A stretch of DNA of 60,225 nucleotides, filler included, from Gonapodya sp. JEL0774 (taxonomy: Eukaryota), in assembly GCA_027604505.1 (NCBI GenBank). It is 6 parts of 6 records of this genome, joined end to end, with 100 filler letters (N's around TTAATTAATTAA, not from the genome) between each part and the next. Parts side by side here need not be neighbours in the genome. Positions count along the whole stretch, not along the records: positions 30,244 to 40,199 come from JADIIX010000401.1; positions 40,300 to 50,222 come from JADIIX010000402.1; 4 more parts are not named here. One strand, written 5' to 3'. The notes under the pieces are model-generated. The model was not told the DNA's origin and made no database searches. It saw only the letters and a list, made by a program, of their open reading frames with translations. The position numbers and the translations under genes were made by a program. Below, one piece after another: positions 37,143-49,314 of this stretch (position 1 is the stretch's first letter; the number at the start of each line of letters is the position of its first letter).

Positions 37143-38602
37143 TTCGAACCAGACTCTTTAGATCGTTTGAAATTTTTCCAGCTAGTCCGGCATTTTGCCG
37201 CGCTGTGTCCACCCTTGCCGCATCGCTCGCAAGTTTCGGTGGCGCGTGTCTCCCTATCACGCGGTTGAGCCCGGTTGGTGGAGCTTGACCGGCCATTTGA
37301 TTTGTTGGCGCGCCAAGTCCCTTGACCATTACGACTGTTGTATGGTGTGAAGCGTTTCGCAGAGCCGCTGTCACTGTCTTGTGACGAGTCGGAGCGTTGG
37401 CGCTTGTTGCCATTGCCATTGGTCGTATTGTCCGCCCCTTTCGACCTAGCGTTATGCATCGGTGTATCAGGTTTAGGCGCAAGTGTTCGGGCGAAGACTC
37501 TCCAGTCTTCGAGTGTTTCGAGTCGCCTACTGTTAAGCTCAGCGATACGATAACATTCGGCACTGTTAGTAGGACCGATGATATGCAAGAATGCCGATAC
37601 TACCGCGTGTGTTAGTACTTCACGGCTTGGTTCAGCTCGGTTGTACTGGGGAGTCCAGTACCGTAGCTTGACGCCGTGCCAGTGTTCAAGCTGGCTGAGT
37701 ACGTCTGCGGCGGCCATTGGTTGACCTTCGGCGTCGACTGGCCAGTTGCCGCGCACCATGGCGTTCTCGAAGTAACGCATGAGTGCCGGAGTTGCGCAAT
37801 GTGCCATGACCCAATGGAGCATATCGTCCAATGTAACGGGTCTTGATGGGCGGTCGACATAGTGTTGCGGCGGTGGGATGTTCTTGTTGAACTTGCCCCT
37901 TAGTGCCGTCGGTAGACATTCGATGATGACTGATACGATGTCAGTATCCTGGATGTCGGGCTTGAGTCTTCGAATTGTATCGATGATCTCATTGAGCGAT
38001 TCCATAGAGTCGGTCATGCTAATGACATGCTGCTTCGGATCGAACTTGTTCTTCAAGATGTTTCCGAGCGGCATTAAAGACCCCGCCGAGTTTGATTGCA
38101 GGTTCTGGACCTGATCCGGCGTATTAGAATGACTTAAAGTGTTTTCAGTCGACAGTGACCTAACCTGCTCGATGTACACATTGAGTGTAGTTGGAGATTT
38201 GTTCTTCGCGAGCGCCTTCGCCAACTCCCGTTTAGCTTTGGCCATCGGCGTTTCAGCCGTAGACTTCTGAGCCGTGTTGACTTGCAACGTTGGGGGAGGT
38301 TGTTTGCGAATTTTCGGTAGTGCACTGGTGCCACTTGTGGCGGCACTGGTAGATGCGACTTGCGATGCGGCTGTTTGAGCCGTCTTAGGGTCCCCGACGA
38401 TTTCGTTGGAATCGACGTTTGTGGGATCTACGGTGTCGTTTGACAGCGTTGGTTGTGGTCGCTTCCGGCGCACTGCCTGTGTAACTGTGCGGCGGTCAAC
38501 TTTGACTGATGGCGTACCTTCGGGTTGCTTATCCGACATTTCGACAGTGATTTGTTTCGATATGATTTTGTGAATTGATTGCAGTGTTTGACTGTCTAAC
38601 AA
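37139..38602 (-). CDS. gag: Gag of family B, uninterrupted ORF
   Basis: 487-aa ORF downstream of 5' LTR/PBS with C-terminal zinc knuckle CERCGKGGHSAAKC; first ATG gives MSDKQPEG. Confidence 0.88.
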   Translation of the reverse strand: MLDSQTLQSIHKIISKQITVEMSDKQPEGTPSVKVDRRTVTQAVRRKRPQPTLSNDTVDPTNVDSNEIVGDPKTAQTAASQVASTSAATSGTSALPKIRKQPPPTLQVNTAQKSTAETPMAKAKRELAKALAKNKSPTTLNVYIEQVRSLSTENTLSHSNTPDQVQNLQSNSAGSLMPLGNILKNKFDPKQHVISMTDSMESLNEIIDTIRRLKPDIQDTDIVSVIIECLPTALRGKFNKNIPPPQHYVDRPSRPVTLDDMLHWVMAHCATPALMRYFENAMVRGNWPVDAEGQPMAAADVLSQLEHWHGVKLRYWTPQYNRAEPSREVLTHAVVSAFLHIIGPTNSAECYRIAELNSRRLETLEDWRVFARTLAPKPDTPMHNARSKGADNTTNGNGNKRQRSDSSQDSDSGSAKRFTPYNSRNGQGTWRANKSNGRSSSTNRAQPRDRETRATETCERCGKGGHSAAKCRTSWKNFKRSKESGSK

Positions 38603-39130
38603 TCAAATTGTGAAATGAAGATTTGTTTGTGAAGGTGTTCTGTTATGATGATCACAGGGGCGAAGAGTTTCTTCCCCTCTCTGCCTGTGAATAACAAGAA
38701 CAACACCTTATGCAATTCACAATTCGATTTCAAATTTGTACAGCTCTTTTGAACTTTTGTTCAGCGTTTTTGAGTCTGTTTTTGTGACGGAGTCGTGGTA
38801 CATCACTCGGTGATTAAACGATTTTACGAGTTCAAGCGACTCGATCACTTGGATATGGCTTTAAAACTATTACATATAACAACAATGGCTGTTTGCAGTC
38901 GTTTTTTTCGATGGAAAGGCAGTACGTTGCTGACTTCTGTCTTTTTGACGTTTTTGGTAACTTGAGTGATTGCAACATCTTCTGAGAGTCTATGATCCTC
39001 AATGGGGGTTTATTTTGACAGGAAAACGTCTTGTGACGTTGTGCTTTGCTTTACACTATAGTGTATGAGTCTTTGACAGCTTTTTGCTGCTTTTTGTGAC
39101 TCTTTTTGGTTTGTCTCTGGACCAAGAACA

Positions 39131-39144
39131 CGGTTGTCCCCCCA
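39131..39144 (-). promoter_or_regulatory. Primer binding site, probably tRNA-Pro
   Basis: TGGGGGGACAACCG 3 nt downstream of the 5' LTR; a TGGGGG start resembles known tRNA-Pro PBSs; tRNA identity not verifiable here. Confidence 0.65.
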
Positions 39145-39147
39145 AAC

Positions 39148-39317
39148 TGTAGTGGGGCTGTCAATACGTATCAGTCTCAGCTCTCTATGACGGGATGGTG
39201 GCCTAGTGATAGGCCTGGAGTGTGAGATGATGTGAAGTGTGATCTTATTATGTGGTGCTAGTTGTGCCTTATATACATGTGTAGGCTGTGGTCATGCATG
39301 GTGTCCATACCACAACA
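39148..39317 (-). repeat. 5' LTR of family B element
   Basis: TGTAGTGGGG...CCACAACA on +; direct repeat of 31608-31779. Confidence 0.95.
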
Positions 39318-39780
39318 CCGGTTGGTAGCAGACAGTTAGCTGTTTTCAGACAACTTAATGATCCATCTGGCTAATTTACTGGCGCTAGTATGGTTTGATA
39401 AAATTGTAATGACTTGTGATCAGTTTTGGAGTTCAAACTTGATGCGAGCAGTGTGGTGGCAGAAGAATTCACAACCCAGATCGCTGCATACGCCTCTCTT
39501 TTAGAAGTGTCCCACTTCTGTTCAGGTTTTGTAAACTTTTTACTGTCGTATTCAAGAACATACCGTCTGCCTTAATCATCAAGTCGCTTGAGGATGACGC
39601 CAAGGGTAACTCCAGTATCGCGTTTTTTTACACCCCCCATGCAACTGACTACCCCCACCCTGTGAAAAGGTACCCCCATCATCAAATCTAGAGCAGAGTT
39701 AATGTATTTTATGATGACAACTATAATAAATCTGTAAAACTGCTATGGCTAAATCCTACCCTGTCATATGACAAGTTGAG
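39318..39780 (-). mobile_element. Older related gypsy element, RNase H half (continues at 31607); distal boundary approximate
   Basis: Minus-strand DTGVTLGVILKRLDD, EQKWDTSKREAYAAIWVV, ARWIIKLSE, reading on across the insertion into YQPGSTQVNVDTL. Confidence 0.8.
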
Positions 39781-40199
39781 AGATTCTACTCAAGATGAAT
39801 TATTCAAACACAAGGTTTATACAAATGAAGCATAGGCTATCTTCCACCTCTACATGTCACACGTGTGGGGCTGGGTTCTGGGGACACTTAGGGCGTGTAC
39901 GGCACCTGTAATTTTAAAAAGTAGTTATTTGTGAAGTATTCGTTATTGGGGGTGTGTGTATGAGTTCCTCGTAAATTACTAGTTTTTGGTCAAGCAAGTG
40001 CCAAACACGCCGCCCATAATCCCTCAAGAAACCCCGCATCTCCCACATCGCAGATTGGCATCATCGCGGAAAATATGGATGTGGAATCAAACGATCAGGT
40101 GGAAAGCAGGACTTGGATGGTTGCAGCAACTGGTGCGGCCTTTGTCATGGTCGTCGCCGCTCCTGCCTCTTTTTTGATTACCCATCCTCGCCGATTCCC

Positions 40200-40299
40200 N
40201 NNNNNNNNNNNNNNNNNNNNNNNNNNNNNNNNNNNNNNNNNNNTTAATTAATTAANNNNNNNNNNNNNNNNNNNNNNNNNNNNNNNNNNNNNNNNNNNN
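40200..40299. other. Artificial contig spacer
   Basis: N44-TTAATTAATTAA-N44. Confidence 0.98.
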
Positions 40300-41450
40300 G
40301 GGGGCATGTACGCCCACGTCCCTGGTCTGTCGCCTTCTGTTGTTTCAAAGTTTCCAACTTTAGCAGACCCGAAGTCGGCAAGTCGAGGTGTCATTGCCTG
40401 GTCCATTAGCACATTCAACGGTTTTAGATCAGCGTGAACCACCTCATTTCTGTGGAGATGCTGCATTCCTCGAGCAATCCCTAACAACTGCACATAACAC
40501 GGTTAGCAATTGACACTACAAATCATAGAAGGTGTTCAAGGCTTACCAGTCGAATCTTGTCAACGTTCGGCGATGTCCGGATGTACCGGGAGCAATCTCC
40601 ATTGCGTAAGAAGGGTGAAGCAGTGAAGAAACAAACACGCTCCATGCCATCCCAGGACCACGTTGTGACTCCAGCGCCGAACAATGGACAAACGTTCCGG
40701 TGGTCCTTGAGTTTCCACCAAGTGTCCACTTCATGAACGAACGCTTTACGATGCTCCTCAATACTGGGATTCAATACTTGGGGCTTAAAAATCTTGATAG
40801 CAACTCGCGGAATGCCCCTGAGCTCGCCCTGAAAGACATGGCTACTGTATCCATCCCCGACAAAGTTCTTGGGAAGTTTGATTGAAGTGTGACTTGTCCA
40901 CCACGGGTAATCACGGAACAGATCCTCGAAGACATCGATTCGCTCCCCCGTCATGTTCTCTCTTCTCGATTGCTCGACAGTCGGGATCGGAGTGACGACT
41001 TAGTCCATTATGTGAGCCAGCCTCAGGCCAACACTCGCCGCCAAAATGTGAGTTCACGAACGTCTAAATATATTGCCATTAATATGTCACAACTGTGAAA
41101 TAAGACTTGAAATTGAAGTGGTTAGTGGTCACGAAAGGGAAATGTCAATAATCAGTCGGTCGGAGACCACATTGAGGTTACGTTTTGGTTGTCACACCAG
41201 ATAATGTGATTGTCTTGAATATCAATGACTTGATATGAAAGTGTACGCGCAATGATTCATGATATATAAAAAGTGTTCGGAGCTATTGACAACAAGGGAC
41301 AGAATTGCTGACCGTTCTGCCTTGCCAATGTGTATGATCCGATACGTCTCCAAACCCTCAAGGTCCGAAGCTCTTCAAGCAAGTCATCCAGTTCATCGCC
41401 TTGGCTGACTAGTGTTTTCGCAACCGTCGCTGCTTGACTTTGCAGGTGGT
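40300..41450 (-). CDS. Protein kinase, TKL-like, multi-exon, 3' partial; start uncertain
   Basis: [63 protein letters not shown]; intron near 40490-40545. Confidence 0.88.
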
Positions 41451-41553
41451 TGCACCCCGAGTCGGTGTGATAACCGGTAACGTTCAATGGATCGCCCACA
41501 CGGACAACAACTCTTCAACAAAGAACGCACCTCGAATTTTGCTCTCGTGCAGC

Positions 41554-44500
41554 TTACTTGATCTCATCCGTGACACTCAATCCAGAAAGGTCGAAACTAA
41601 TGACATTTTCCTCCACAACTTTACCAGTCCCCAACGCCGCAGGAGCAAACCCAGGTTGCTTCCTGTAGTTTGTTTGCTGCAAAGATGGTGGCTTTTGGTG
41701 CACCAACAGTCCACCACAGTCGCCGTAGGCACTTGTTTGGTCTGTGGATCGGAACGTCGAACAATAGGTGGGTACTGCGGTGATTGGTTCCGTATCATCA
41801 ATGTCCACATCCGAGGAGCACATACTACTAATGTCGCTCCTTTCATTCAAGCTTCTTTATGTGTGTTTTGTGTTGGCAGTCGATTTGAGGATGCGTTGCG
41901 GTGCTGGCTTTGGAGGACATGCAGTGTTGGTGCTGGATCCTGACGGTGGTTTAGGCAGAGCTGCTGCCACAGCAACTGTAGCTGCAGCTTCTGCTCCTGC
42001 TCTCAATGTCCCTGTCCAATTCCTGGATCCTGTGAGTGTTGTAGCTTCTGCTCCAGGTGCTTTCATAATCCCATCAATCGACAACCGCAAACTTGTCGCA
42101 GGTGATTTTGGAGGCGACGACCTCGAAGTCACAGTGAGCGCCGGTGAAGTGATCCTTGCGAAGATAGGTGCCGGCTCATCCTCCGATTCGCCGTCTTCGT
42201 TGCCCTCGTCCTCCTAATCGTCGGTTACTTTGCCTCTACTTCCTTCACTCTGTTCGTTGGTTTCACCGTCCTCTTCATCTCCCTCAACTCCCTCCTCCGA
42301 CGCCTCCAATGTCGACAGCTTCTTTCCAGCGGTGCTTGCTGCCGGCGGTCCACATTTCACAAGAGTCGCCTTTGCTCCCGCAGACATGGTCGCATGTTTC
42401 TGCACTCCTTGGCAGCCGGTCCATTCACCGCGGTCAGCGATCCTTCTCTTTCTTGCTTCTCTCCCGTCCCACCACCGCCGATAAGCCTCTTCAGCACCGG
42501 GAACTTGGACTGCAGCGTCCTGGTAGGAGATGCGAGGGATTTTGCGGGAGAGCTTGGTGCTGTGGACCTCGCTGGCCAGCTCGGCGCGGTAGCGGTGGAG
42601 ATAGGGGTTGGAGGACTGGCGGGGCGGGGAGGCATACAAGTGGCGTGAATATCGTTCGACGATCCAGTTAAGAATCTCACCTCGCCACCAGATTTTATCA
42701 GAGCACGTCACATATACCACTCACCTGTCTCCCCAGCCAACAGAGTCCTCCTCTCCCTCTCCACCCGTTCTCACTGTCCTGTCTCCCCACCACCAGCCCA
42801 GCGATCCGGCTCGACGACCCCGCCTCAGCCCACGTCACGTTCCCCCTCCCCAGGTCTCCCACTATTCCGGGCTGGATCACCTGGTGCACCGGCAGGCACA
42901 TCCGCCTGGCCACAGTCGCCGACCCAGGTGGGCTGGCACCTGGGGTGAGTACTTTGAGCCCCTGGGGGCGTTTGCGGGACGTGGTGCAGGAGATGCGGTC
43001 AGGGAAGTGCCTGAGGATGCCGTCGGGGTAGTAGCCTGGGGTGGTCGGGGTGGTTGGCACAGTGGTGGTTGGTGTCGCGCGTGGGAGATGGAAGCTGGTT
43101 GTGGCTCGAACGACGAGAAAGTGAGTGCTCGAGCGAACCAAACCCCCTATCTGCACACATCGTAATCAAAACTCACCACGACTGGCTCTCGGCAATGGTG
43201 GCATTAATCCGTTCCCTCCCACAACCTCTCCCACTCCACTCCCCCCGCCTCCCCCTCTACAGCCTCCTCCTCCCACTTTCTCACCACCACTCACATTTCT
43301 CCTTTCTATCCCCCTTTTCCAGTCACGTCTCCACCCCCTCCACACACCCCTCTACCACACCGTTCCTCCCCCACTTTGCGTTCACCCGGTCCACTGTGAC
43401 GCCCATCTCTGCCAACGAAGCTTCCAGATGGGACTCATAAGACGCACGAATCGTGGCGAGGGTGGCGGGCGTACCTGGGGGGAGTGAGTTTGCTGGGGCC
43501 GGTAGAGGAAACGGGAAGCGGGAACAGATGGGCGGCTCGGCTTCTGACCAGAGAGATTCCATAACACAGCATGAAACTCACCGGCATGTCGCGCCACCAA
43601 TCGTCTCACTGTCTCCCCCGTCATCATATCCCTTTTTTGCCTCCTCCCTTCCCTCCTCCCGCTCTCCTCCACCTCCACCTCCCTCTCCTCCACCCCCCCT
43701 CCTGGCCACCTGCACCACCTCCACCTCTACCGCGTCTGCGCCCTCTCGCTCTCCACGCTCTCGACGACTACCCTACGCACCCCGTCCACCCCACCTCTCT
43801 CCGGTTCCCCTCCAGAAAAAAGTCGATCTGCGAGACGGTGACGGGGGGTTTGACTGGTGCCGGTGCCGGTGTGGGCGTGGGCGTGGGACGCGGATGCGGT
43901 GGGGGGGACGAATGCGGCAGCTGTGTGAGCAGAGGGTGGTCAGCGTCGGCGTCGTCGAGGTCCAAATTTTCCTCCTCCAATGGACCCAGGTTCGATCTCG
44001 GTGGTGCACAAGGCACGGCAGGTGCGACGTGGGCCATGCCTAGCTGATGCGCGGATGGGGCGTTCCGTTCATCCGATTCCCGTCCAACACCCCAATCGGC
44101 GCCCCCAAACTACTCACCACCACCACCACCTCTCCTCTTCCATGGCGGCCCGTTCTCGGTCCATCTGGGCCTGAATCTTGGTGGGCGGTCTAGTGGGCCG
44201 GGGGTAGGGGGTGGGAGGAGGTACGGGGGGGGAGTAGGGGGGGAGCGTGGGAGGTTAAACCGGGGTTGACAGAACAGAAAACGCGGATGAGCGGAAGCCA
44301 CTGGTATCCTTCCCCCCCCACCCCCCCCGACTTACGCTCATCCCCTCCACCTCGCCCACCTCCCTCTTCCTCTCCCACAGGGCCGCTACGAGGGTTTCCA
44401 TTTTTGGACCTGGAACAGTGGCGGGTCTCGTGGCGGTTCCGGCGCCTGCGGTGAAGGAACGGCATGTGCAGGCGGTACAGGTGTGCCCCCTTCGCCCGCC

Positions 44501-45631
44501 ATGGCGTCCAGCTTACCCGCCATCGCGACGACCATGTCCAGCCTCGTGTCGGGCCGCTGTTGTCGGTGCTGCCGGTGCTCTGGGTGCTGGTGATGTTGCT
44601 GCGATGGTGGTGCACAGTGGATGTTGAGGTGGTAGAAGAGGGGGTGATGCGCCTTCGTGCCGGCGGTCCACGTGTGAGGCGAGGAAGGCGTGGGCGGGAA
44701 AGGCTTTGGCGCAGTGGGGGCAGCGCTGGCGGGGGTGGGGGCGCGCCCGGCCGCCCCCCCCCGGGGGGGGGGGGGGGGGGTGGTGGGACCGATAACCCCC
44801 CCGGGGCACGACGCGAACTGCTGCACACCGTGGACCCACCAAACCAACTAGCCACCATTGCCACCCCTGCCCCCCACCACTCCCTCCCAAATCTACCCCA
44901 CCCCCAACATCCCCCAACTCCCCGGCCCCACCGACCAGCAAACCCCCCAATACCCTGCTGACACGCCCGCGCCACCGCCCAGCGCGCCCACGCCACCCCC
45001 GCAGCCCACCACACCAGGCACTTTTGTGAAGATGGACTTCTTGGAGCGACTTGGATTCGGCTCGGAGGGTGGTGAGGTGGTTTGTCTGAGTTCGTTTTTG
45101 GAGTCTGGAAGGGGTGGGGGTGGGGGTGGGAGAAGGATGGGTGAGACGTGAAGAAAAAGGACGGACGGCAGGGCAGCAGAGGAGCGGGGAGGCGGCAAGG
45201 GGGGTTTGAAAGAGGTGCTCTGGGGAGGACGAGTCGCACTGGTCGGATTCCCAGTACCCACACACGCCCCGTTCCGATATCCCGATCCCGGAGAACGAGG
45301 GTAGGGTGATGAGAGGGAGACAAGACATGGTGGCAGGGGCCAGTGATGGTGGAGATACGAGGCGGATGGCACAAGCAGGTGCGACCGGGCCCACATGCTC
45401 CCATCATCCGTCCACGTCACGCTTCCTCCACCCACAGCTACTCTTACCACCGCCAATCCCATCGACAACCCTCCCATTACCTTTCCCGAGGTCTGGTCTG
45501 AGACGTGCATTCTCGTTGGTCACACCGGTCCCAACCGTCAAAAGAAGGTCGTCTTGCATGTTTTCGAGCATGTCCTCGGGACCCACGTTGTGCGCTGCCC
45601 TATGCAGCCCCGCTGCTCTCGTCGAGGTCAC
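41554..45631 (-). CDS. Long multi-exon low-complexity gene or pseudogene with C2H2 zinc finger, DZIP1/Iguana-like (tentative)
   Basis: Coiled-coil-like TLRAESKSL/KKSIFT followed by RCPHCAKAFPAHAFLASHVDRRH, resembling the DZIP1 finger; frameshifts in G/C homopolymer tracts; grouping of downstream exons is uncertain. Confidence 0.45.
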
Positions 45632-46732
45632 GTCCTCCTCAACCTCACCCCCTCACCGCCAACTAGACTACAAAGAATGGAATAAATTTAGACCCTGTTG
45701 CAAGCACTCCGAATTGATTTGTGGCATTGTAACCCACAGTCTTTGACAGAAGAGGCAATGCCCACTCCCTTGCAAATCTAGCAGGATCATGGAGGGTCAA
45801 TAGATCCAGACAGGTGACCATCTTGAGCCAATGGGCAACTCATGCCCCACCTATGTAATGCCAGCACCAAGAGTTTGCTTTCAAAAGAACCTGAGCAAAC
45901 ATACATACAGTTGAATGAAGAGACCCTTGATTGAGCAGGATACCACCAAAAGATTCTTGGATGAAATCTCAGCTCACAATTTGATGATGCTCTTGAATAT
46001 TGCACCCACGGCGTCTAGTTGTCAGCGAGAAAGAGGAGTCAATTTTGGGCAATCAACGGAATTCTCCATAAAATATCAGCTGTATCCATTGATCAAGCAA
46101 GTGGAGGGAATATGTCCAGTTTGAGGATGGAAAGACACCAGAGGTGATGTTGTTTGGCGCTGTGGGATGTGAACTGTGAAGTGCAAGTGGACTTTAGTGT
46201 GTTAGCCATCTGACTGGAAAATGTAGAACAGACTCCAAGCTGCCAACCTCTCTAAACAGTACCCCACCAGTGCACAGTTGCTTTTATTTGAGCGCTCATC
46301 TGACGTCTGTGGGGCTTTCCAAATTTTTACATCATGCAACATGTTGGAACTATAGAGGAGGCTTTTGTGCAGATTTCTTTGCAGTTGCGTATTGGTGACC
46401 TGGAGGCTGGACATAACAGCAATACCTGTATCATTACTGTGCATTTTGTATTTCTATTGGGACATACATGTATGACTTCCTGTCATTTGGCATTGCGGAT
46501 CTTCTGCAGGCAAATCAATGACTTGCAGCATGCTAGGATTGTGTCCTCCAAACTGAGAGCTTGTGAGTATTGCTCAAGTGGAAGGGAGATTTGTTGTTTC
46601 AAAGCAGCCGTATTGACTGGAGTATCAAATGCTAAATACATCATGTACTGCCGACGGACGGAGCATACGATCTTCTCCGACAAATGCACAGCGGACAAAG
46701 ACCAACGTTACAAGCGCTCCGGCCTGTCGTCC

Positions 46733-49314
46733 TCACCACCCCTTACTCCACATTTTGCCCCCCGCCTCCATGAACCCGCTCGCGTCCACACATTTCACTT
46801 CGCCGTCCACCAAGAGCTCCGAGAGGACTTTCCCCGTTGCCGGGGCATTGAGAATACCCCACACCTATTTTGACAAAGTTGCGTACAGCGCGATGATCGT
46901 GGGCGGCAGGGGTTCGTGGTGTTTGCACAGGCAGATTTTTTGGAAGGAGAGTTGAGGAACAGATCATAACCGTCAGTACAATTTCTCCCGTCATTCGCAC
47001 GCACCCGAAAACAAACGCACCGTATGCCCACAGCCCACCGCAAGCCCCTGCACCCCGCCCGCCCACCCCACCAACGGCCTATCCCCAACCTGTGGAAGCC
47101 AACAGCACTGCCTCTTGTGCTCCACTGCGTCCTTGAGGACGGAACTGACCGTGGCCCCGACGTCCCTCAACGTGTCGCAGGACTCGGGTACGGGTACGAA
47201 GAGCGAGGCTGAGCGGGGGAGCGGGGTGAGGTCGGACGCGCCGCAGATGTAGACGTTGCCGTCGGGCCGAGGATACACTTCGGGGTACGTGGTGGGGAGC
47301 GACGGGTTTTGGGGTCTGTAAGTTAAAAAGACTGGTGCAGGGAGTTCGAAAGGGGGACAAATTCGGTGCAGCCTGTGACTCCTCACGGCTTGAAAAAGAA
47401 CAGATCAACACTCACGTGCCGTGGCCGTCACTGGGTCCTTGGGTCTCAGCACGATAGAATGCGCACGGTGTCTGTGGCGAGCGATGAGCAGCGTTCGCAG
47501 TCGAAAGAGCATGAAAAGTAACGGCAAAAAGCCACACGGAGACGGGTTTTAAGCGGAGAAAGAATAACAGATGCAGAGAAAGATGAGAGTGTCGGAGAGA
47601 CAGTTACCCAGACAAAAAAGAAAAGGACCTTGCAGCCACGCACACCGGCCATTTCTACCCCCACAGTGCTGCACCGACACACGTCATCGAATGGTCCTCA
47701 GCGCCGAGCCTTAACACTCACCCATATCCGACCTTGGGCCACTTGACTCCCTCCCTCACCCACTCCTTCGCCTCCGCGACCCATGGACCCGTCGCCACCA
47801 CCACCACGTCCGCGTCCACGATCCTCGCCTGACCTGACGGCACCTTGTCGGGGTGAGTCGACGAGGCTGGAAGATGGTAGGTCGGCGTGGGGATGCGGAC
47901 GTGGGGGTGGGCGTGTGCTTGTGCAGAGGGGTGCAGGGTGTGTGGGCACGTGGTGGATTCGACGCCGTCCCCGTCCGACGGCTCGGTGAGCGTCTCTGCA
48001 GACGACGTGGTGGCGGGAACGTCCCCCGACGCGGAGACAAGCACTCCCGTCACGCGAGGTGGAGGTTTGGACGCTGTGTGGATGCGTGTGGTCCGGGGAG
48101 TACTCCCTGCAGTCGGCGATGTCGAGGGATCTTCGCTGTCCTCCTTCACACTGCTCGCCGTCCCGTTTCCAGTCAGCCATCCCAACCACCCTGCTCCACT
48201 ATTCTGCTGCTTGTCACCGTTGTCTCCAAGTTCAGGTGTCCCCGCGATCACCTCGCCTCCGGCGTACCGTAACCCGTCGGCCTTGTATCCCATCATCACC
48301 GTGACACGGCCCGTGGCCACGGCGGCGTCGAGGAGGGTGTGAGTGAAGCAAAAAGGGTGGACTTGGGCGCAATTATCCGGTGTGCCTGGAAAGGAGCACA
48401 GGATATGCAACGAGCGATGAGTTGTGTAGAGTTAGGAATTCCGAGTCAACACTTGGTCCCATACAATCCACCCGAGCATCAAGGTCCGATGGATTTCCGT
48501 GACGCATAGCGCTTCCTTCCGCGCCAGTCAAATCGGCCACTCAAATCCTCACAGTCACGCCCGCCAAAATCTCCTCACCAATTCAACGCCCCCTTCATGC
48601 AGCAACTCACCAATCTCCTCCCACCTCCCTACTTCTTCTCCATCGACCCACTCCTCGACCCTTTCCCCGCCCGCCTTGGCGCCCCTTCCGGCCTGTACGG
48701 ATGCCACTCGGACAGGTCTGTACCCGTATCGGGTTTCTCCCTGCAGGGTGCGTGCGAGGTCGGCGTGGAGGGAGAAGGAGAGGCGGGTGAGCTGGGAGTA
48801 AGGGGTGTGGTCAGTCCAGGAGGAGGCGAGGAATCCACCGGCTGTGGACAAGGGGGAGTTTTCGTATTAGTGGATTTAACGTAGTTGTTGCAGTGGTAGC
48901 TGATTGTCACGATTCACAGGAGCACCACCGATCCGGGCAGGCAGGAGGTGACCTGACATGCGCACGGAATATTGAGCGCACCCTGAACGACATATCGACA
49001 AAGCCTCCCCACCAACCAAGCTCCAGCTGCCCAGTCCCCCAGTTAGTGGCTTCCAACTGCATACGCACCTTTTCCCGACGCCGCAGCCGCGATGCCCGTT
49101 CTCTCGACGACGGTGACGTGGATGTTCTTCTCGGCTGCGCGCGGATGTGTGGCGAGGTAATAGGCTGTGGAGACTCCGACAACGCCTGTGCAAGAGAAGA
49201 AACGGTGGTGCGTGCGCGTATGAGCCAATTGTCTGGTGGGCTCGCAGGTTCACATAGAAATCCCGTGTGGCTCATGTCCGGTTGCTGTGCCGGGCAACGC
49301 GTCTCACTTGTCAT
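46733..49314 (-). CDS. FAD-dependent oxidoreductase, DAO family, TDA3-like, multi-exon; start approximate
   Basis: GVVGVSTAYYL..VTVVERTGIAAAASGK/AGGFLA, LSFSLHADLA..YGYR, AQVHP, PEVYPRPDGNVYICG, GCGHT/VWGILNAPATGKVLSELLVDG. Confidence 0.88.

Larger units (their letters stand above)
31608..39317 (-). mobile_element. Full-length Ty3/gypsy family B element (7.7 kb) with both LTRs, PBS and PPT; pol degenerate
   Basis: ~170-bp direct repeats TG..CA at both ends, gag-PR-RT-RH-IN inside, flanks CCAG / CCGG. Confidence 0.95.
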
